Below are positions 59,434 through 64,000 of a stretch of 64,000 nt of DNA, piece by piece. The position numbers and the translations under genes are program-made. Source of the stretch: an uncultured Acidobacteriota bacterium (lineage in GTDB: Bacteria > Acidobacteriota > Thermoanaerobaculia > UBA5066 > Gp7-AA6); assembly GCA_963764715.1 (NCBI GenBank), contig CAVXTP010000021.1:64001-128000 (forward strand), written 5' to 3'. Numbering within the stretch: position 1 is the first letter of the stretch; each line of letters begins with the position of its first letter. The notes under the pieces are model-generated. The model saw only the letters and a list, made by a program, of their open reading frames with translations, ran no database searches and was not told the origin of the DNA.

Positions 59434-59499
59434 GCGGTTCTCCTTATTGCTTCGCTCGAAATCGAGCCTCGAGCCCGATTATTCCCCGGCCGGGCTTCC

Positions 59500-59907
59500 T
59501 CAGCCCGAGCGCGGCCGCAGCCACCGGCGCCTCGGCGGGCCGGCCTCGAGCGCCGCGATCCGGGCCTCCAGCGCGTCGACCCGGCGCGCCAGGTCCCGGA
59601 GGGCCTGGCCGTCGGCCGCGCCCGCGTTCCGGACGCGCTCGACCTCCTCGCGGAGGGCTTCGGCGTCGCCGGCGGACATGAGCACGCGCCGGACCTCCGC
59701 GAGCCCGAGCCCCTCGGACTCGGTCAGGCGGCGGACCGCCGTGAAGCGCTGCACGTCGCCGTCGCCGTAGCGGCGGTGCCCCCCGGAGGTCTTGCGGATG
59801 TGGAAGAGCCCCGGCAGCTCCCGCTCGTAGAAGCGCAGCGTCGAAACCGGGATCCCGGTCCGCGCCGCCACCGCGGAGATCGACAGGCCGGACGGCTCGG
59901 GCGGCAT
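59500..59907 (-). CDS. MerR-family HTH regulator
   Basis: ISAVAARTGIPVSTLRFYE, GGHRRY; C-terminal coiled coil. Confidence 0.85.
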   Translation of the reverse strand: MPPEPSGLSISAVAARTGIPVSTLRFYERELPGLFHIRKTSGGHRRYGDGDVQRFTAVRRLTESEGLGLAEVRRVLMSAGDAEALREEVERVRNAGAADGQALRDLARRVDALEARIAALEAGPPRRRWLRPRSG

Positions 59908-59928
59908 GGCCCCCGCGGGCGCTCCCGC

Positions 59929-60306
59929 TTACACCGCGAAGAGCGGCCGGATCACCACCGGATCGAACTTCCAGAGGTACTTGTAGGCCCCGTTGAAGAA
60001 GTCGATCGTGATCTCGTAGTGCGCCTCGACGGTGATCGAGTCGCGCTGCTTGGTGATCTTGAGGTTTTCCTTCTTGATCGGGAGCCTGAGCTCGTCGGCC
60101 TTTCTCAGGATCTCGAACTCGATGAACTTCGGGTCCTTGATCGAGCCGAACGCCGCCTGCTCCTGCATGGCGTCGTAGAACTCGGAGGTGGCGATCTTGA
60201 CCGGGACGACCTTCCAGAGCAGGTAGGCGACGAGCCCCAGGACGACGAGCCAGACGATGCACCCGAAGTTGGCGCCGCCGCGAATCCCTCGCCGTGACCG
60301 TGTCAT
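59929..60306 (-). CDS. DUF4845-like membrane protein
   Basis: Single N-terminal TM; position after lepB matches the usual DUF4845 context. Confidence 0.65.
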   Translation of the reverse strand: MTRSRRGIRGGANFGCIVWLVVLGLVAYLLWKVVPVKIATSEFYDAMQEQAAFGSIKDPKFIEFEILRKADELRLPIKKENLKITKQRDSITVEAHYEITIDFFNGAYKYLWKFDPVVIRPLFAV

Positions 60307-60357
60307 GCCTTGTTCCCCTCCGATTCCGTCTGCCTCGATTCTAACCCGGCTGGCCTC

Positions 60358-61062
60358 TCAACGGACCGGAAGAAACGAGCGGTCCCACCGCATTCGCGCG
60401 AGCGCGTCGCGGATCGCGCCGAGCGGGGACGGCGCCGGCGCGTCCGCCGGACGCGGCGCGATCGACCAGTACACGAGGAGCGCGCGGCCCACGAGATGGC
60501 TTCGGGGGACCGGGCCCCACGCACGGCTGTCGCTCGAGTCGTCGCGGTTGTCTCCCATGACGAAGTACGCGTCGTCCGGCACGCGCAGGGGCGCGAGCTG
60601 GTCTCGGCGGCGGCGGTCGTCCGGAACGCCAGGGTCGTCGGGCCAGACGCGGTCGTCGGCGTGGAACACGTAGGGCTCCTCGAGGCGCCGCCCGTCGATC
60701 GAGACGGCCCGGTCTCGGATCGCGATCGTCTCGCCCGGCAGGCCGACGACGCGCTTGATGAAGTCGCGGCGCGGGTCCCCGGGGAAGCGGAAGACGAGGA
60801 CGTCGCCGCGCCGGACCGCGCGGCCCGGGAAGAGCGCCGCCCACGGCGCGAACGGCGCGTAGAGGAAGCGGTTGACGAGGAGGCGGTCGCCCGTCAGGAC
60901 CGTCTTCTCCATCGAGGGGCTCGGCACGGCGAAGGCCTGGAAGAGAAACGTTCGGGCGAAGAGAGCGAACACGACCGCGGCGACGAGCGGGTCCGCCCGT
61001 TCGCGCCGCGGCCGGGCGGGGGCCGGAGCGTCTACCGGACCACCGTGAACATCCGGTCCCAT
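60358..61062 (-). CDS. lepB: Signal peptidase I (second copy)
   Basis: VPSPSMEKT, GDRLLV, FIKRVVGLPG, MGDNRDDSSDSR. Confidence 0.88.
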   Translation of the reverse strand: MGPDVHGGPVDAPAPARPRRERADPLVAAVVFALFARTFLFQAFAVPSPSMEKTVLTGDRLLVNRFLYAPFAPWAALFPGRAVRRGDVLVFRFPGDPRRDFIKRVVGLPGETIAIRDRAVSIDGRRLEEPYVFHADDRVWPDDPGVPDDRRRRDQLAPLRVPDDAYFVMGDNRDDSSDSRAWGPVPRSHLVGRALLVYWSIAPRPADAPAPSPLGAIRDALARMRWDRSFLPVR

Positions 61063-61796
61063 CGCGTCCGGGAGAAGAAGTGGATGGCGACGTCGGCGAG
61101 CTGCCGGATCTTGGCGACGGGGCCGCGCCAGATGTGGGAGTTCGGCTCGGCCTCATAGCTCCAGTACAGGAGCGACGGCCGGCCGAAGATGTTGGCCCGC
61201 GGGATGGCGCCCCAGTAGCGCGAGTCGAGGGAATTGTCGCGGTTGTCGCCCATCCCGAAGAACGAGTCGGGCGGGACCTGGAAGGGCCCGAACTGGTCGC
61301 GCCGCCGCGCCATGTCGGGAACGCCGGGATTGTCGGGGTACGTCTCGGGATCGATGTGCTGGATCGACGGCACGTCGTAGGGCTTCCCGTTGACGAGGAG
61401 CCGCTTGTTCACGACCTGGACCGTGTCGCCGCCCCTGGCCACCGCGCGCTTGACCAGCACGTTGCCGGGATTCAGGTCGTCGCCCGGCTTCTTGAAGACG
61501 ACGATGTCGCCGGGCTTCACGTCGCGGTAGGGCAGGAACTTCGCCAGCGCCGGCAGGCGGGGCGCGAAGGCGAACTTGTTGACGAGCAGGTGGTCGCCGA
61601 CGAGGATCGTCCGCTCCATCGAGCCTGTCGGCACCTGGTAAGTCTGCACGACGAAGGTGCGGACGAAGAGGACGAAGACGCCGGCCACGAGCAGCGACTC
61701 GTACCACTCGCGCAGCGTCGAGTGCTTGTGCGCGGGCGGCTCGTCCGCGGAGGCGGCGGGGGAGGCGGGCGAAGGGGACGCGGTTCGGTTTTTCAT
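61032..61796 (-). CDS. lepB: Signal peptidase I
   Basis: [37 protein letters not shown]; coupled to lepA. Confidence 0.92.
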   Translation of the reverse strand: MKNRTASPSPASPAASADEPPAHKHSTLREWYESLLVAGVFVLFVRTFVVQTYQVPTGSMERTILVGDHLLVNKFAFAPRLPALAKFLPYRDVKPGDIVVFKKPGDDLNPGNVLVKRAVARGGDTVQVVNKRLLVNGKPYDVPSIQHIDPETYPDNPGVPDMARRRDQFGPFQVPPDSFFGMGDNRDNSLDSRYWGAIPRANIFGRPSLLYWSYEAEPNSHIWRGPVAKIRQLADVAIHFFSRTRWDRMFTVVR

Positions 61797-63592
61797 TCGA
61801 CTTTCAGCACGGCGAGGAACGCTTCCTGCGGGATGTCCACGCGGCCCACCCGCTTCATGCGTTTCTTGCCCTCCTTCTGTTTCTCGAGCAGCTTGCGCTT
61901 GCGCGTGATGTCGCCGCCGTAGCACTTGGCCAGCACGTTCTTGCGGATCGCCGAGACCTGCTCCCGGGCGATGATCTTCGAGCCGATCGCGGCCTGGATC
62001 ACGACTTCGAACATCTGCCGGGGGATGATTTCTTTCATCTTCGCCGTCAGGAACCGCCCCTTCACGACCGCCTCCTCGCGGTGGACGATCAGGGACAGGG
62101 CGTCGACCGGGTCCCCGTTGACGAGGAGGTCGAGCTTGACGAGGTCGCCCTCCCGGTAACCCTGGAACTCGTAGTCGAAGGAGGCGTAGCCCTTCGAGAT
62201 CGACTTGAGCTTGTCGTAGAAGTCGAGGACGACCTCGTTCAACGGGAAGTCGTAGATCAGCACGACCCGGTTGGAGGCCAGGTACTCCAGCGACTTCTGG
62301 GTCCCGCGCCGCTCCTCGCAGAGCTTCAGCAGTCCGCCGAGGAACTCGTCGCGCGTGATGATCGTCGCCGTGATGTACGGCTCTTCGACCTTCTGGATGT
62401 AGTTGGGCGCCGGAAGGTGGTTGGGGTTGACGATCTCGAGGATCTCGCCCCGGGTGTTGGTGACGCGGTAGTTGACGCCGGGCGCCGTCGTGATGAGGTC
62501 GAGGTCGAACTCGCGCTCGAGGCGCTCCTGGATGATCTCCATGTGGAGGAGCCCGAGGAACCCGCACCGGAAACCGAAGCCGAGCGCGGTCGAGTTCTCG
62601 GGCTCGAAGGAGAACGACGCGTCGTTGAGGCGGAGCTTCTCCATGGCGTCGCGCAGGTTGGCGTACTCGTCGGCGTCGGTCGGGAAGAGGCCGGCGAAGA
62701 CCATGGGCTTGGCCTCGGCGAAGCCCTCGAGCGGCTCGGCGGTCGGCCGCTTGATCTCGGTGATGGTGTCGCCGATGCGGGTCGAGTGGAGGTCCTTGAT
62801 GTTGCCCCAGAACGAGCCGACCTCCCCGACCGAGAGCTCCGACACCTCCTCGGCCTGCGGCCGGAAGACGCCGAGGGCCTCGACGTCGGTTTCGAGGCCG
62901 GTCCCCATGGCGCGGATCTTGGCGTGCGGCAGCAGACGCCCGTCCACGATGCGGACGAGCGAGGTGACGCCGCGGTAGGAGTCGTACCAGGAATCGAAGA
63001 GGAGCGCCTTGAGCGGCGCGTCGGGATCGCCCTGGGGAGGCGGCACGACCTGGACGATCCTCTCGAGGAGCTCGTCGATGCCGATGCCCATTTTGGCCGA
63101 GGTCAGGACGGCATCGTGCGCGGGGATGCCGACGACCTGCTCGATCTGCTCTCGCGCCTTCTCGGGCTCGGCGGAGGGCAGGTCGATCTTGTTGATGACC
63201 GGGACGATCGTGAGGTTGTGGTGCGTGGCGAGGTAGGCGTTGGCGAGGGTCTGGGCCTCGACGCCCTGCGTGGCGTCGACGACGAGAACCGCGCCCTCGC
63301 ACGCCGCCAGCGAGCGCGAGACCTCGTAGGAGAAGTCGACGTGGCCGGGCGTGTCGATGAGGTTGAGGACGTACGTGTGGCCGTCCTGCGCCTTGTAGCT
63401 GAGCGTGACCGCGCGGGCCTTGATCGTGATCCCGCGCTCCTTTTCGAGGTCCATGTCGTCGAGCATCTGCTCGTGCATTTCGCGCGCGGTCACGGCTCCG
63501 CAGCGCTGCAGGATGCGGTCCGACAGCGTCGTCTTCCCGTGGTCGATGTGGGCGACGATCGAGAAGTTGCGGATGTACCTGGGATCGGTCAT
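61793..63592 (-). CDS. lepA: Elongation factor 4
   Basis: [49 protein letters not shown]. Confidence 0.97.
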   Translation of the reverse strand: MTDPRYIRNFSIVAHIDHGKTTLSDRILQRCGAVTAREMHEQMLDDMDLEKERGITIKARAVTLSYKAQDGHTYVLNLIDTPGHVDFSYEVSRSLAACEGAVLVVDATQGVEAQTLANAYLATHHNLTIVPVINKIDLPSAEPEKAREQIEQVVGIPAHDAVLTSAKMGIGIDELLERIVQVVPPPQGDPDAPLKALLFDSWYDSYRGVTSLVRIVDGRLLPHAKIRAMGTGLETDVEALGVFRPQAEEVSELSVGEVGSFWGNIKDLHSTRIGDTITEIKRPTAEPLEGFAEAKPMVFAGLFPTDADEYANLRDAMEKLRLNDASFSFEPENSTALGFGFRCGFLGLLHMEIIQERLEREFDLDLITTAPGVNYRVTNTRGEILEIVNPNHLPAPNYIQKVEEPYITATIITRDEFLGGLLKLCEERRGTQKSLEYLASNRVVLIYDFPLNEVVLDFYDKLKSISKGYASFDYEFQGYREGDLVKLDLLVNGDPVDALSLIVHREEAVVKGRFLTAKMKEIIPRQMFEVVIQAAIGSKIIAREQVSAIRKNVLAKCYGGDITRKRKLLEKQKEGKKRMKRVGRVDIPQEAFLAVLKVE

Positions 63593-63659
63593 TTCGAACG
63601 AGCCCGGCATGATATCCGACCGTCGCTTCGGCTCCGCGGGGGGACCTGCGCCGTCGGGG

Positions 63660-64000
63660 CTAAGTCCCTAAGGGCCAGCGGGACCTTGCCTGGGCCTCCT
63701 CGAGCGGGCGCGGGCCCTCCCGCCGGTGTCGCAGCAACCCCGCCCACGCGATCATCGCGGCGTTGTCGGTCGTGAAGGCGCGGTCGGGCAGGTGCACGGG
63801 GACCCGGTTCCGCTCGCCCCAGGCCGAGAGGGTCGCGCGTAGCTCGGAGTTCGCCGCGACCCCTCCCGAGAGGGCGAGCGCCTGGATGCCTTCGTCGGCG
63901 TGCACCTCGTCGACCCGCGACACGAGGGCGGACACGATCGCCCGCTGGAACGAGGCGAGCAGGTCGACGAGCTCGGGATCGAGGGCGTCGGCGTCGAGCG
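63660..64000 (-). CDS. tsaD: tRNA threonylcarbamoyltransferase, C-terminal part (truncated by window edge)
   Basis: [27 protein letters not shown]. Confidence 0.9.
   Translation of the reverse strand, partial: LDADALDPELVDLLASFQRAIVSALVSRVDEVHADEGIQALALSGGVAANSELRATLSAWGERNRVPVHLPDRAFTTDNAAMIAWAGLLRHRREGPRPLEEAQARSRWPLGT

Overview
High-GC, gene-dense bacterial chromosomal segment with mostly housekeeping and envelope genes. Gene content suggests an Acidobacteriota (Thermoanaerobaculia-like) organism, but that is inference. It carries a TetR-TolC-HlyD-ABC efflux operon (second ATPase frameshifted), an M16 peptidase pair, glgC/glgA, an RRM-desaturase cluster, a sufBCDSU-sufT-Rrf2 operon, a permuted LeuD-LeuC-type hydro-lyase, a membrane Ser/Thr pseudokinase, ilvE with a divergent MocR regulator, glk, a cls-like phospholipase D, a WYL regulator, a SAM-I riboswitch with yitJ, purD, two lepB genes, lepA and a partial tsaD. 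I found no rRNA, tRNA, CRISPR array or transposase. The most interesting signals are non-coding. (1) A candidate sigma54-dependent small RNA of about 70 nt at 46455-46525 (-) displays anti-Shine-Dalgarno C/U-rich loops. (2) Eight sigma54 -24/-12 elements point at that RNA or at uncharacterised secreted, membrane or small proteins. (3) There is a dispersed GGGGTCAG repeat/MITE family, an inverted heptamer array and GTAG-type REPs. (4) Many genes appear leaderless. All calls come from reading motifs by eye; no searches were run.
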